Source of the DNA: Convolutriloba macropyga
Lineage: Eukaryota
Assembly (NCBI RefSeq): GCF_964194025.1
Contig: NC_134477.1
Span: 26,970,001-27,034,000 of the forward strand
Direction of reading: 5' to 3'
Length of the DNA: 64,000 nucleotides
The notes beneath the pieces were generated by a model, which was given only the letters and a program-made list of their open reading frames with translations, did no database searches and was not told the origin of the DNA. Shown piece by piece: positions 38,481 through 52,400 of the stretch; position 1 is the stretch's first letter, and each line of letters starts with the position of its first letter. The position numbers and the translations under genes are program-made.

Positions 38481-40784
38481 AGCGGTCATTTTATGTTGAG
38501 TCCATGTTTGTTATTAACCCAGCCCGGCGGCTAAAGAACTGCTCGGAACTGAGAATTGTCTTTGTGGTTCTGAAGCAAAAATAATAACAAAGAACGTTTT
38601 GTCTAATTCCGGATAAAACCAACGGTTCTTTTGCAATGGTTGTCTTGCAAAAATTAAAAAGATGGAAATTTTTCTCCAATTTCAAGGGAGCCAAATATGG
38701 TTTTGCATTATTTTTTTTGGAAAGTGATTTGAGTGTAGTTTGCACCTCTTTAAAGATACTCAGATCACTTAGAAAGGCACGCAAGACCTTTCAAAGATCG
38801 CTAAAACGGTCGCGTGATTCTTGAGAAATCGAACATCTTGTAAAAAGTGTTGTGTAAATTCAAGTTCCGACCTGGACTTGCGATGGGTAAAGTAAGGGTG
38901 GCTAAATTGAGTTTTTTCCCAAATCCACTGCCAAGTTAAGGTTAAGTTTCATTGGCCCCGAAGATGTTAACGCTAAAGGTAAACTTATACGTTCATTTTG
39001 ATTTTACCGAAATCATTTTTAATTTGTTTTTCCCAAAATTGTCAACAGGAAGCTAAAGATGATGTGAAATGCTGAAAAAATAGGAAATAATGATCTTACT
39101 AAATGTAAAATTTGGGAAACAAAACATGTGCTAACAAACTAATTGAAACTCATTTAACAGATCCGCAACATAACGAAGAGTATGACCAGATCCAAGCGTT
39201 ATCAGTTGTGTCTTGTTTTTATTCTAATTTTTTGTTAAGAAACCTTCAGCTCACTTCAAGCTCCATTTCTAAAAGAAAGAGAAAGTTCTCAATTTTTACT
39301 AAGTTTTTTTTTTATAAAAATCAATTATTTCACAATCGTGCTAATCAAAACGTCAGTTCTCGTTCCTTGATGTTCTTCTATCTCAACAAACTGAAAAAAT
39401 CTTTGTCTAAATTCCAAACTCATTAAAGTTTTCTCCACAAAACGTTTGAGAAAAACAGAGGATTACCACAGAAACGATATGTTCCTAGAAACTATGAGTT
39501 GTTCCTGGAAACTATGAGTTGATTTGGCAAAAAAGCTGGATTGCAACTCTGTTTCAACTGTTTTAGCTATGTCTGACAGAAACGAAAAATACAAATCTTT
39601 TTTCTTTAAGTCACATGCGTCCCTATAAATTCCACTTTCAAGGATAAAAACTTTTTTTTTCGTTTCTCTTCTGATTTTTTGCTTTGTAGTTGCTTTGATC
39701 AATAGTGTTCTCTTTTTAACAACAAATTTTTTTCGATAACTTCCAATCAATACCATTAAATGTTTGCATGAGTATTCTTAAACACCCTTGCATGGTCCAC
39801 CTCAACATATAAAACGTTCTGGCATTTCAGTTGTTTTGTACCACTTATCAGACTTGCAATCAGACGTTTTAAAGGTTGGCTGATTTATCCATATTAAGAT
39901 TTTAGATATCACAAAAATTTAAATGATTTTCAACTCTTTATAGAAACGATTTTCAACTCGAATGTTTTGTCTTTGTCAAAGAGATTGTGGTACTGCCCCA
40001 TGACTACTACCTTCACTTTAACTCTCAACTGGTAGATAATTTTATATAGACCACAGTGCAATAACCAACCTCCGGTGTTGAGGTATTTTGTTTTTCACTT
40101 GTAAGAAATCGTCGGTTGTTAATCGTTTTCATTGACAAAAACAAAAAGAGCGCTAGCGTGTTAGTCGTCGTTTTATTCGTTTTTTGCCGTTGTTTTTATG
40201 CAAGAAATGATCGTTTAATCATCGTCTTTTTTTATTTTTCCTCGTTATGTTTTTGCAGGAAAATATATTTTTTGTCGCTTTTTTTCAATTAGATCGTGGT
40301 TTTTCGCGATTTCTTAAAAGTAGCTCGTCGTTTTTTTACAAATGGATCGTCGTTTTTTCGTCGTGTCTAACATGTACAATATCATATATAAATTGACAAT
40401 AAAATAGTCGAAAAAGTCTCATGATGATAAAAAAAACCACATTATATTGTTATAACCTTGTCATATATTGCATGCTTAAATAATTCTCCCTTTTGTGACT
40501 TGTACTTTTAACTGATCTATTATGAAAATTATAATCGTCTTCTAGCTCATAGGTGACTAATTAAGCGTTAACAAACAATCTTTGAGACTGTGACCTATCA
40601 AATTTGCTTTATTTCTACTTAATCAATCTTTTCTTAGGCAGTACCTATTTCAGTTTGTGTTCCAGTATTTAAAACGCTTAAACAATCCAATTTCTATCAA
40701 CGCAAAGATTTTTACAGTCGCATCTATGCAAACCGGCCACTAAACAAGTTACTTCCAGTCTAAATTCGTTGAACAGTGATTATT

Positions 40785-43700
40785 GTAGCTCTTTATCGCA
40801 ATGCTGCCCGCTGACACGCCAGATGTCCTTTAGCAACAGTCTGACACTAAGGTTGAATGGGATTGAACCACAAGACCAATGAATACATTGGACTCTAGGC
40901 TCAGTACCAATCGTTGTGTTAAAGACTTAGTTACTCTCATTTCAATCCACACACATGCGAAGATTCCTCCTTAGATGACGGTATCCTTTTTTGGTTCGTA
41001 AACTGCGGTAACTAATCAATTTGATAAGCCAGATTTGATTTATTGCTTAAAAACCTAATAAGCTTGAACCCACCTAGATGAAGAAGATCCACAATTCCTT
41101 CGATCTTTTGAGAGCCCTCTCAGGGGACTCCACAGAATCTAGATGATCGTCTATGTAAAAATAGGACGGCTTTAGTTGCTTCCGGGTTTTGATCTATGTT
41201 GTCTCGGGCGGTGCGTTGCAATGCATAATTAGCGCAAGTGGATGAGTCTTTAGACCTAAAAATATGGCGCGTATTTTGATACACAACATTTGTTGTGGCG
41301 TCCTCCCACAACAAAAAAGGGCAGTAATGGCTGGTCGCAGTCAGGGATACCAACCTGCTGAAACATACCCTCGAAATCTGCGGACACGGCAAATTGATAT
41401 TGACGAAACTTGAGTAGTACATGGATTAAGTTCTGGAACAAGTCGGGGCTATTGAGCAAAAATTTTTCCAAAGAGGTTCCGTAGAACTTTGCTGCGAATT
41501 TATTACCCTATTCACTTTCCCAGGTTTGATTGGGTTGATTATGTGATAATGTGGTAGATACCATTCTTCATCTGACCATTGCTCTACCACGTGAACGTCA
41601 GGAACTGTTATTAGATAACATTTTTCAAGGTCCTCACTTTTGTTTTTTCTTAACTATTTTTTAGTGTTGTGTCCTTTGAGAGCCGCTTCTTGAGAGGGTT
41701 AGCTTGCATCAGTGACTAAAAGTAGTTATTGGGGAGCTGAATGTTGTCATCAGCCAACAACACACCAACATCCTGTCTTTGACTTTTACGAAACGTTGTT
41801 GTTTCAAGTATTTCATGAGCCCGAGTATCGGCTGAAGATCGTGGGTCAACCTGCTTGGACGCGCCGTAAAATTCCATACCATACCATGGCTTAACTTGAA
41901 AATCAGGATCATAATCCGAATAAATACTGAAACACGTCGAGGTTAAACTTAACCTTAACGGGAGTGGGCTACTTAGAACCCAATCTATGGGCAATTGAAA
42001 GGCGAACGGTGAGCATTTTTTGTCGGCTGAAAAGCACTCTGATGGGTGATTGCATGGTAGACATCCTGTCCAAGTATCATTTTAATTTCTCCATAGCTAT
42101 CTCTTACTGGATCTAGGACAGCAAGATGTGGGTAAGTTTCTTGCATGGACTTAAAGTCAATGATGTCGGACCCTACGTTTAATGTTTCCCTCGCATAGCG
42201 ACGCACAGTAACATCTTCGAAGTCTTAATCTAATTAAGGTGTTATAGTGAATTGGACCACTTTGGTGTCAATTAGTTCTATATTTATACACTTGAGGGTC
42301 AATTTTATTGCGGTAACTTGTAAAATGAGTCTAGCTGCGAGACTATCGGGCATCCAAGAGTTACTGCAAGCGGTATCACAAAAAACCAACGTTGCGATAT
42401 TGGTTTCCTGAAAAATTATTTATTGGCAAATCTGTCAACTGAAAGAGGATTTGAAATCCGTGACGGAAGACAAAGTGGTCAATTCTCTTAATTGCTGTTG
42501 ACTGGAAGATGGTTAACTACTACCTATACCTGACTTCAAAGTATTGATGTTGTTAGTTGAGGATTCAGCCGGAAAAACCCTTTCAACTCCGTGGAACAAG
42601 GTGTTATAGGAGCTGCTGCAGCCATCTTGTCTACATTTACGGGACTTGAGTTCTTTCAGAACATGTGTTTATCACTCAAACAAGAGAAACAGAGCTTTCC
42701 CTCGGCTATAACCTTTGCTCGCTGAGTGGATGTCTTTTCTTTAAATACAGGACATTCCAATAACCAGTCTTGAAAGACCAGAGGAGTAGGTTTCTCCCAA
42801 TGCTTTTTTGACAAAAAGAGTGACCATGACTCTTTCATTATTGGTGGTAGTTTGTGTACGGCAGTGTTGAGAAATGAAGTACTTTTTGAATCGGAGTCAT
42901 ATGAGAGCAATTTAAAGATCCCGACAAAACTTGAAAGGCACCCCAAATAATTATTGATGTCATTGCTATTGTGCATCATCTATGGTGAAAAGCTGTTTAT
43001 TTTATCCGAATGGGCACTGACAACCGCCTGTGATTGGATAGAAATTTACGTTCTAAGGTTTTCAGTGCGTCTTTGAACATTGCGCCGCAGAAGGCGTTAG
43101 CTGTTTTAGCTTTTCCAACAGCGAATGTCTTAAAGTATGTCAATTTTACATCATCATTTAAAGACAGAGTAATTTGCGCTTTTGAATTGACAATATCCAT
43201 TGTGCCACTGTATGGGATTTCGACTGTATTATAACAACTTCCATTCGGGTAGCGGGTCATTCCTCCTGCTGATAAGGGCTAAGGTTTGCGTTCTCCGCTG
43301 CTGGCACCAGAGGCGTGGAATGAGGGGGACCACCGCAGCACAACGGCATTGGAGCGGTATTCCCGTATATTGAAGGTATAACGAGCTTGACAAAAGATGG
43401 CGCGATGTTAGTTGTTGTACTGAAGGGGTTAACGGGGATACTACAGGTTGTTGCGTGGTTACTATTAGCAGTTTTTTTGGGATTTCAGAAGGCGGGGTTA
43501 GCATTGCTTGGTGGTATTGTCAGTTGAACATTGCTGAGAACGGCTGCATTTTTTGTCACAAGACTGGCGTTTGGGGGGCTGTTCTGAGAAAAACGCCACA
43601 AGTTTAAATCAAGGTTACAATAAAGGGACCGGTTTGGTGCGGTGGGAAACGGCTACAGGGGGCTACATGGGAATATAAAGGGTTTTGCTGGTGGATTGTT

Positions 43701-44600
43701 ACAGGTTTGGATTGCAGGGAGAATTATCGGAAGTTGGCACTGAACTAATTGACTTCGCGGGATTAGGGGGCGGCTTGTTCAAGTGTGGCTTTGAAGATGG
43801 AGATCAGATGTGCGGGTGGTGGGCACTAGGGAGTTGTGCTGCGTTTAGATTGTTACTTTGAGGTGGATTCTGTTGTTTTGTTAAAATGAGAGTTGAGCAG
43901 ATGCAACTAACCAGGCCTACTAGAACTTTTCTGTCTCAAGTGTACAGCGGATTGATTTTTTATTTGATTTGCCTTTGGGTTTGTTGAAAAATCAGATACA
44001 CATTTTTACCGATGAGTGCGATGGTGCCATAACAGTTGTCGGGGGCCGGAGAGGTAACTGAAGGGGTGGGAGTGAAGCATTTCGTACGTTGGCTGGCACT
44101 TGTTTCACTGGGTTCAGAACACCACAACATGAGGGATTATATGCATGGTCGGTCCTTCCATCACTGGCAAACTCTTGCAGTTGAGCATGGAGGTATTCCA
44201 AATAAAACGGCCTTTTCTAAACAATAGAATTTACAAATCTTGGCCGTGCGTACTGAGATAGCGTTTCAAGATGATTTAAATTACCGCCAACAATACCTGA
44301 GTTTTCTGTAGGATTACTATTGGCAGTATATTGAATGGGATGGTCGGCGGTTACTGAGCCAGGACGAGGAAAGTTTAACTCACTTGCGGCAGTCAAGGAA
44401 TTACTGTATGTAACCGAATATACCAATTCCTATACAAGTTCCCAGCCTCTATCTGATCCTTTAGGTAAATTTAGTTCTTGTGAATAACAACAAGGAACGA
44501 TGAGCCATCAGTTTGGCCTCATATAATTTAACTGCGGCAACACGTTGGGGATGATCTTCCTACAACTTTTGAAATATCAGCTGCTACATTTTTATTTCAA
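40785..44600 (-). mobile_element. Degraded BEL/Pao element, gag - protease - RT
   Basis: Minus strand: DDVKLTYFKTFAVGKAK, DALKTLERKF and VHKLPP (Pao gag); CFSCLSDKHMF knuckle; VFCDTAC protease (~42370); WYLPHY, NSPDLFQNL...FAVSADFEGMFQQV, SSTCANYAL and FYIDD RT motifs; LLLKDIWRVSGQH at ~40800. Many stops and frameshifts. Confidence 0.9.
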
Positions 44601-46381
44601 GCTCCTTTTTGCGCTATACCCAATCTTAAACCAACCAGCATACTAATACTATTAAACAAATTACAGCAAAAGTAAAATGAACTACAATATTGTATTTGTA
44701 GTCTATGACAGCTAGAGAGGTCAAAAAAAATCTATCCGTAACTCCAGAACAGACCTAAGCCTCATCCTAGAATGCAAAAAGACCAAGTCAACTAACAATA
44801 ATACAGTTACACGCAAACATACAGCAGCAAAAACCAAAATAATACAACAGGAGAGCCAGTAAATAAGTAAGGTGGCTAAATTAAATACAATCCACCCGTA
44901 ACTCAAGATTCAACTATGTCCCAACCTAGAAAACTATAAGACCAAAACAACCAACGATCATACTAGCATAATAATCATACTGCAATTAAAACAAACTTCA
45001 TCACATATGACAACATACTACCTCGAAGCAAAAATTGAATCGAAGAAATACGACGTTGAATGCAAAAAAATTGGAACGCTGGGATACGAAAATGAGAAAC
45101 GAAGTTATGGGAGAGCGAATTTAAAGAAGAATAATCGGAACAGGGAGATTTGAAAATTTAATGGACAAAATTTACAAGTACGGTACGAAATTCAATCGAG
45201 ATTGAGAAAAAGAAAATGGCAATGCGACTTCGTTTTTGAATTTGTGTGGTTGTGATTTTTTTTTAAAATCTTTGTTTCGTAAACTTTGTTTCACTCAATT
45301 GACGAATTTTATCTTGGAAAAGTCAATTTTTGACAAATTTGACAAAAGAATTATATTTCGTTCAATTAATTTTCTATTTGTGGTCATTTTTTTGCTAATT
45401 CTTGAATACGGATCGGTAATCCAGTAAACTGTGTGATTTCATGTCTGAACTTAGGGTTTATCAATATTCGATACTGATTTTCTTTTTTGATTTGCATCAA
45501 AGTTGACCAGGAGTTTTCAAAATTAAACATTTTAGCATAATTTTCTCTCAATTTGCTCTATATCAGAGGCCATTCTTTGTTATACAAACCGACTCGATCT
45601 ATTTTTTTTTCAAATTCTCAAAATCGATGGTTGTTCGTCTCAAAAATTATTGTTTTGAAGGTTAATGACCAGTTTCCCATTTAATTTTGGGCACTTTGAT
45701 TTTTTAAAGCTGTGATGCCAAAAATTTATTTTTTTTGCGATGTCAAATTCTGTTTAAGCTGGGTTCTTTGCCGTCTAAAGGCGAATTACAAAATCAAAAT
45801 AGAACAAATGAGTTCACAAGATTCAATATTTCATGCTTACAGTTTTTGAAGTCGCTTTGAACTCTAGTCGTTGAATTGTTTGATCTCGTTTCATCTTTGA
45901 CTTTTTGACGGTGTAACACACCCTTCCATTTGGGGTCATTTCTGAGACTGGGATGTTGGAGTCGTTGTTCTGCAATCGGGGACGCATCGGTGATGTCCTT
46001 CTTAAGGCGATGAACACCTGTCACGGTACTAAAATCCGCAAAGTATCCGGAGTTCTCCTCGGCCGACTTGAAACTCCTGGGCATTTGGTAATCATCAGTT
46101 GCTTCATCAATGTTCCAATTTTCGCGCGGTTTCAACAACTGTCTGCCAACCCTCTCAGTTGGCTGCTCATAGGTATACTGTTATTAATACCGACCCGCCG
46201 CGTCGTTTAACTTCATTCATCGGACCGAAAACGTATCATCCTGCTCACGAAATGTGGTCTCAATTGATCTCACGTTTGCAACTGTTTTGCTTGCTTTAAA
46301 TATTGATCTTCTTCGTCCCAATGTGGCAGGACTAATTGGACAATAAAATACAAACAAAACTCTGATCTATTTTATACTCAT

Positions 46382-46810
46382 TGTTGAATTAAACTAAAGG
46401 TTACTCAAGGAGCGGCACAAAATAGGTGTCAAACAACTTGTATAGCTTCAACTTATTGCTCCTAACGATATAAAGCAACGTATTTTCAAGCAAAGATCAA
46501 TGAGTCAACGTATACGCATTGGTAATGTTCAAAGCAACAAGTTCTTTTTTAGACAGCAATTTTTGATGCTCATTTGGCCGGTATTTTGTCTGATAACGAA
46601 TCAGTTCAATGCGCGTCACCATTTTCTACCGATGAATCCAAAACACCGAAAAATATAGAGCCGAATCTTGTCTTATTGGATAGGTTTTATGAATATGGTT
46701 ATTTGAAATTATGTGAAACGTAAATTGGAACGGTTTCTGTACGCATTTTAGATGCTTGAATCTGATTGGCTGATAATTAGTTCTCGCTTACATCTGTTGA
46801 CTTAGTAACA
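46382..46810 (-). mobile_element. Putative BEL-type LTR (solo or 5' LTR)
   Basis: Plus-strand ends TGTTGA...CTTAGTAACA. Shares TTAGAC-GCAA...GATGCTC...TTTGTCTGAT, AAAGCAACGTA and TCTGATTGGCT with the LTR at 61948-62518. No clean TSD or PBS found. Confidence 0.5.
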
Positions 46811-47483
46811 GCTCTGATTTGGAATTGTTGTAACAGTGATAGTGACCATACATGGGTCGATATCTGTTAGAAACAACAAAATGATTAAGATGATTACCTC
46901 TTTTTTCTTGTGTTTCAGCAAACCTGTGAAACAATTATGCCTCTGCGACATTTTTGGTAGTGCTCACTTGTTAGGTCATCATGTTAACAACAACGACTAA
47001 GATATCTTACAAATTAGTCAACAAAAATTTATACTGGGAAATTTTGTACAGTTGAAAAGAATTGGGTCATTATTGAAATTTGCGAGGGTTCTTTGTTTGT
47101 TGGTGGTTCTGTGAGCTATTAAGTTTTTCGTTAATTCAAAAATCTTTCCAAAATATGGGTGAGAAAATTTACTTTAAATTTTTCTCCTGTCATTCCTGAA
47201 TAGATCCAAAACTGTGACATAGTTAACAAAAGCACTTAGTTAAAATTCGCAAAACTTTTCTCAACAGAAACGCTTTGAATGATGACCTACGTTTCCAGAT
47301 CAATTCACAGGCCGAACTCATAATTCAAAACGGTACAAAATTACGTCTTCATATTTTAGCGTCTATGAAAATTTTTGTTATATAACTTTCAAAGATTGAG
47401 AATCTTACACAATGCACTTTTTGAAGAAGGCCTAAGAAGGACTAGAAACATATAGATTAAATTATATACAAACAATAATATAA

Positions 47484-47920
47484 TATAACATCCCCTTCCT
47501 TAGGCAACCTTCGGGCAAATATTTCATCAGTTAACCTTGAGTTTATCTTTAAACTTATCTGTTTTAATTTACGTATTAGAATAGCTAAATCGTTCATGAT
47601 TGGTAGGAGTGTAAAATCTTGTGAGAGCTTGATAACTGCGTTGGCCTAATTGTTTCCAACTTTCGCTTAACGATATTATAATCTGTAAATCCAGAATCAA
47701 GCAAACTTCTTGAGAACTCTAAATTTGTGTCATCGACTTTGAACCTAAATTAATACATTTTTGTGAAGCGAAATTTTGTTAAATTCTCAGATCGGAAAAT
47801 ATCAATAGGTAAGATCAGTTCCACAGTAATAAAATTACACAACTTAAACTAAAAAAAACAACCCAATTGAGAACCCCGCTTTTAACGCGTTGTTTTCATA
47901 TAATAATCCGGGTTGTTACA
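47484..47920 (+). repeat. 5' LTR of the Gypsy element
   Basis: T(A)TAACATCCC...GGGTTGTTACA; direct repeat of 56487-56922 with about 16 substitutions and 2 indels by eye. Confidence 0.95.
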
Positions 47921-47921
47921 T

Positions 47922-47939
47922 TGTTGACAGGTTCGGGAT
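47922..47939 (+). promoter_or_regulatory. Degenerate primer-binding site (possibly tRNA-Leu)
   Basis: TGTTGACAGGTTCGGGAT sits 1 nt after the LTR and matches 13/18 of TGGTGTCAGGAGTGGGAT, the recalled complement of a tRNA-Leu 3' end. Confidence 0.4.
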
Positions 47940-48398
47940 ATTTTTCTCTCGTTCGAAATCCTGCCTATTGCGTTTTTCAAAAATTAGGGATTTTTAAGCC
48001 TGGCAAATGACGGTTGCCTGAGTAAACTAAGAAAAACATAATATTCTCTTTTTCTTGTGGACATTTATTGCATAAAGTCTGATTTCTGTGGCCTCTCTAG
48101 CGTTGTCCCATTTATCGAAAAATAGACGCTCCCTGCTTCTGCAGCTTTTGCAATCCCAGTGTTTGTAGTGCCCACTCGTAATAAGTCTAAGGGGCCTAGT
48201 GGGGGAGGCTTCGGCGGTTGCTACGGTGATCTCAACGATATATAGCCTACGAGGAGAGACCTCAAGTCCTAGGTAAAATCTAAAGTCCAGTAAGGTTTAA
48301 AGTCAGCATTTCCTGACTATAAGTTTTGGGCAACCGTTCTTTGTCTCGCTTGTCCGTAGAAATTTTATGTAGGAACTTTATGCCAGAACATTTTTGTT

Positions 48399-49422
48399 AT
48401 GAGGTTTGATGCCGATGCGGCGCTAGAAGCAAAACTACTTCTACCAGAGCCTTTCAATGGTACCAGTGATATTCAAGCTTATATAACACAATTCGAACTT
48501 CTAAGTTCGCTCCAAAATTGGCATAAAAAAGCATTCAATACTGATGGCACTCCACAAGTAGATGATGCTGGTTAGCAAGTCTGCATTGATAAAAGGCACA
48601 CGGTTTTTTTTGCGATTACGAGGCAGTGCCATAGAATTTTATCAGTCGTTAGACGACGCTACTAAAAATGACCATACAGAACTTACGAAACATTTTTTGC
48701 GTCAATATCAGGAACCACCAGAGTTTGTTCGCTCTTCGCATGCTAAGCGGTTGCAAGGTAAATCCGGAAAAGTCAGTGAGTTTTTAGCAGAGCTCAAAAT
48801 TTTAGCGAACAAAGCTTACCCACAGGATACGCAGCCAATAAGAGACCACATTGCGCTCCAATCTTTCATTGAAGGCTTGCACAATGTTCTTGTTCGGGTT
48901 GAACTCCGTAAAAACAAGCCCGCCGCCATCAACTTAGCTCTCGAGTCTGCTCTACATTTCAACGCCATTTACCGTCTTGACGCTCGAACAAACGAAACCC
49001 CTAGTTCCTCGACTGCTTTAAATACTATCGAGGCCCTATCACATAAAGTAGACAAACTAATGGCGGGACAACTGAATTATCAGTCGCGTTCTCAACCATT
49101 TAACAGAAAATCGAACCGCAAAGGCAGCTCAACGCATAAATTGTCTCCGTTATCCAAACGCACATCTCCTAATTACTCTTGAAGTCCCTCGTTAAATAGT
49201 GAGCAACAACGGTCCTCTTCTCCTCGACAAGCGTTCACACATAAATCTCGAAGTTGTTCAGTAAGCAACGACAGAAAAGTTAGATTCGCTGGACCGACCA
49301 TCTGTATTGGTTGCAACAAAAAAGGTCATACCAAAAACGTTTGCAAAAACTGCTGGAACTGTGGTTCCTCTCAACATCAACGCGGAAACTGTCCAGAATC
49401 TCAATCATACTCTAAACGATAG
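48399..49422 (+). pseudogene. gag: gag pseudogene with two CCHC zinc knuckles
   Basis: MRFDADAALEAKLLLPEPFNG...YITQFE..W; capsid-like RLQGKSGKVSEFLAELKILANKAYP...QSFIEGL; CIGCNKKGHTKNVC and CWNCGSSQHQRGNC at 49303-49392. Internal stops and a frameshift. Confidence 0.9.
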
Positions 49423-49499
49423 CTCTTCTTATTGCTTTGAAATTTTCTTGAGAGTGTTTGTTCTCCACTTTTAATAACCCATGGCCTACAATGAACGTA

Positions 49500-52400
49500 T
49501 ATTTGGCATACAGTCGCTTCTTTCCAAAGTACTAATCCCTTGTTGCCCGCCTTGATTCATTCGGGTGCGGCAATTAGTGTAATACGCACTGATGTTTTTG
49601 GAAAGCTCGGCAATTCTAGCCAATCGTTTAAACTGGAAGCATCTGATATCCAGGCATCTGCTATTAACGGCACAACGCTCAGGTTTAAGGGTATGTGCTT
49701 GCTTCCATGCCGTTGGTTTAAAAGTGGACCAATTTTTTTCTTTCAAGTTTTACATTTGTACAGATTTAAGCGCTCCCTGTGTTGTCGGTTTCGACCTTTT
49801 ACACAAGGAAAAATGTGCAGTTGATTTTTGTCAAGGATTCTGGATGTGGGCAACGCAGTGCTGGAATGTGTGAGCCCACTAGCTCAATGGTACGAGAGAA
49901 ATTCGCAAACAGCACAAATTGCGCTTTGCTCTGTATCTGATCGTTTTCTAATACCAGCCCGTAGTGAAGCCCATGTTAAATGTAGGCTAAAATCTGATCA
50001 TGCGCATAAGTTTTTAAGCAGTACGCGTACTTCGTCGACGCGGCTGTCGGTTTGGTAGAGCCCTACGTGGGTTTCACCAGTTTTAACTCTGTACTAATTG
50101 CTTCATCTCTTATTGCATTGGATGGAAATGAAATTCACTTGAGAGTATTGAACCCTACTTGCAACTCCGTGACCGTATTTCCATCTCAAACAATGGCGCA
50201 AGTTTCGCATTTCAATGAGAATGAGCTGCAAGCTGTAGGTTTTAATGCTGTCAACGTTTCATCAGCCAACAAACTGATGAAAACATTTGAATCTTTGTTC
50301 TGTGCACTTTCTGAAGAACAGCAGAAAGACGTGCTTAAGCTGCTCAAACTGTACAAAGATGTGTTTTCCCGTGACAAATGGGACTTATGTTCAAGAGATT
50401 TACATAAACTGCGAATTCAGTTGAAGGAAAACGCTCAACCTTGTCGCGTCCCCTACAGGGTTATGAATCCTTCAAAGCGGAGGGATCTGAAAGAAAAGAT
50501 TACCAAACTTAGAGAAATGGATCTTATTGCTCCCACTCATTCCGAATGGGTGGCTCCAACGGTGTTAGTTCCGAAGAGTTACGGTTCGTGTCGATTGGTA
50601 ATTGACTATCGCAAACTGAATGCGCAAACCGTCAAAACATCCTGGCCTCTGCAACGTATTTCAGACATCCTGAACAACCTTGAGGAAAGCATTTTCTTCT
50701 CCAGTAGTGATCTTTGCAGTGGTTTTCATCAAATGGAAATTGAAGAGGAAGACCAACATTTAACTTCCTTTAAAACGGCATTCGCATTGTATCAATGGAA
50801 AAAGATGCCCATGGGCCTTTGCAGTGCACCTGGAGCGTTTCAAAGGTGAATGGAAATTGTCCTCTCAGGACTGATCTTTGAAATTGTTTTGGTATACCTT
50901 GATGACATCATAGCTTTTGGTCGTTCTTTTGAGGAGCATAATAACCGTCTTCAATTAGTGTTCAGACGCATTGGGGACGCAAATTTTAAAATTTCTCGCG
51001 CTAAATGTTCCTTGTTCCAAACAAAACTCGTTTTTTTGGTCATGTGTTTTCTGCTGAGGGTATACAAACTGATCCTGCAAAGATTGAAGCCGTCGAAAAA
51101 GTAACCTATACCCCAAACAATCCGTCAGTTAAGACCATTTATGGGAGTTGTTGGGTTTTATCGCAAATTTGTTTTGAAATTTGGCACTTTTGCCTATCTT
51201 CTTTATCGATCAATGAATAAAACAACGAAATTCCAGTGGACCCCGGAATGCCAACAAGCTTTTGAAAAATTAAAGGGAGCGCTTGTTTCCGCCCCAATTT
51301 AAGGTTTTCCAAATGAGAGCGATCAATTTGTCCTCTGCACTGACGCATCGATCACGGGTATAGGAGCTGTTCTCTCACAGAAACAGAAAACAAGGGAAAA
51401 AGTAATTGCCTATGCTAACAAGACACTGCAAAAAGGTCAGCGAAACTACTCCGCTACGAAACGTGAACTGTACGCTGTTGTGTTTTTCAGCTCATATTTC
51501 AAGGAGTTTCTTTTGGACAAACGTTCCAAATCAAAACAGACCATCGCGCGTTGGTTTGGCATTACTCATTCAAGGATCCGGATGCAATAGTGGCACGTTG
51601 GCTAGAGAAATTGAGTATGTTCAATTTTGAAATCGTACATCGTCCGGGAAAAACAATTGCAAATGCTGATGCCCCTTTCCAGATTAACTCCATTGAAGTT
51701 GTCTGCTACATCAGTAACTCCAAGCCGCCTTTCGTCACCTTTCTTTGCACAAATTCAAGATAAAGACAAAGCAATATCAACAGTTAAAGCCCGGTGTCGT
51801 TCTGGAGAAAAACCATCGAGAGCAACGATGTTTGGTCGATCATGCATTTTGCAATGTTACTGGCAGCAATTTGAGTCGTTACAAATTATTGACGGCGTTC
51901 TCTATCGTCTATTTCAAAAGGCTTAAGTATCAACTCAGTTTCAACAGTGTTGTGTCACAATAAATCAAGTGAAGGATATCCTTCTGCAATTGCATGATTC
52001 GCCTGCTTCAGGTCATCTGGGTAACAAGAAAACTCTGGACAGAGTTTGCCAGTGTTTCTACTGGCCAGGACTAAACAAATGATGTTGATTCCTGGTTCTC
52101 AGGGTGCGGAACTTGTCAGAAGCGAAAAAACTCAAAACAGTCACATCAACCGGAGATGCAAATTTGTTCGTTTCAAAAACCCTTTCTCTGTGTATCCGTT
52201 GATATCCTTGGACCGTTACCAGAGAGGCGGTTAAACGAAAAGCTATACAAAGACATCCTAATGATTGGAGATCATTTCACTCGCTGGTTCGAGGCAACGC
52301 CGCTTCAAAATATTGAGGCTGAGACAATCTAAAGCGCCTTTTTAGACAGCTGGGTCACCAGGTTTGGTGTTCCTGAGTATATTCACAGTGACGACGGATC

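Noticed and set aside
40085-40370. TCGTCGTTTT-rich tract as another TIR element
   Set aside because: It resembles the subrepeats of the 17.2-kb element, but no termini or TSD were found.
46900-46960. Strong acceptor-like site followed by a possible micro-exon
   Set aside because: No convincing donor or open frame to link it to the downstream candidate exons.
49408-49422. -1 frameshift slippery site at the gag end (TCTAAAC)
   Set aside because: It does not fit X XXY YYZ in the present gag frame, and decay prevents a call.
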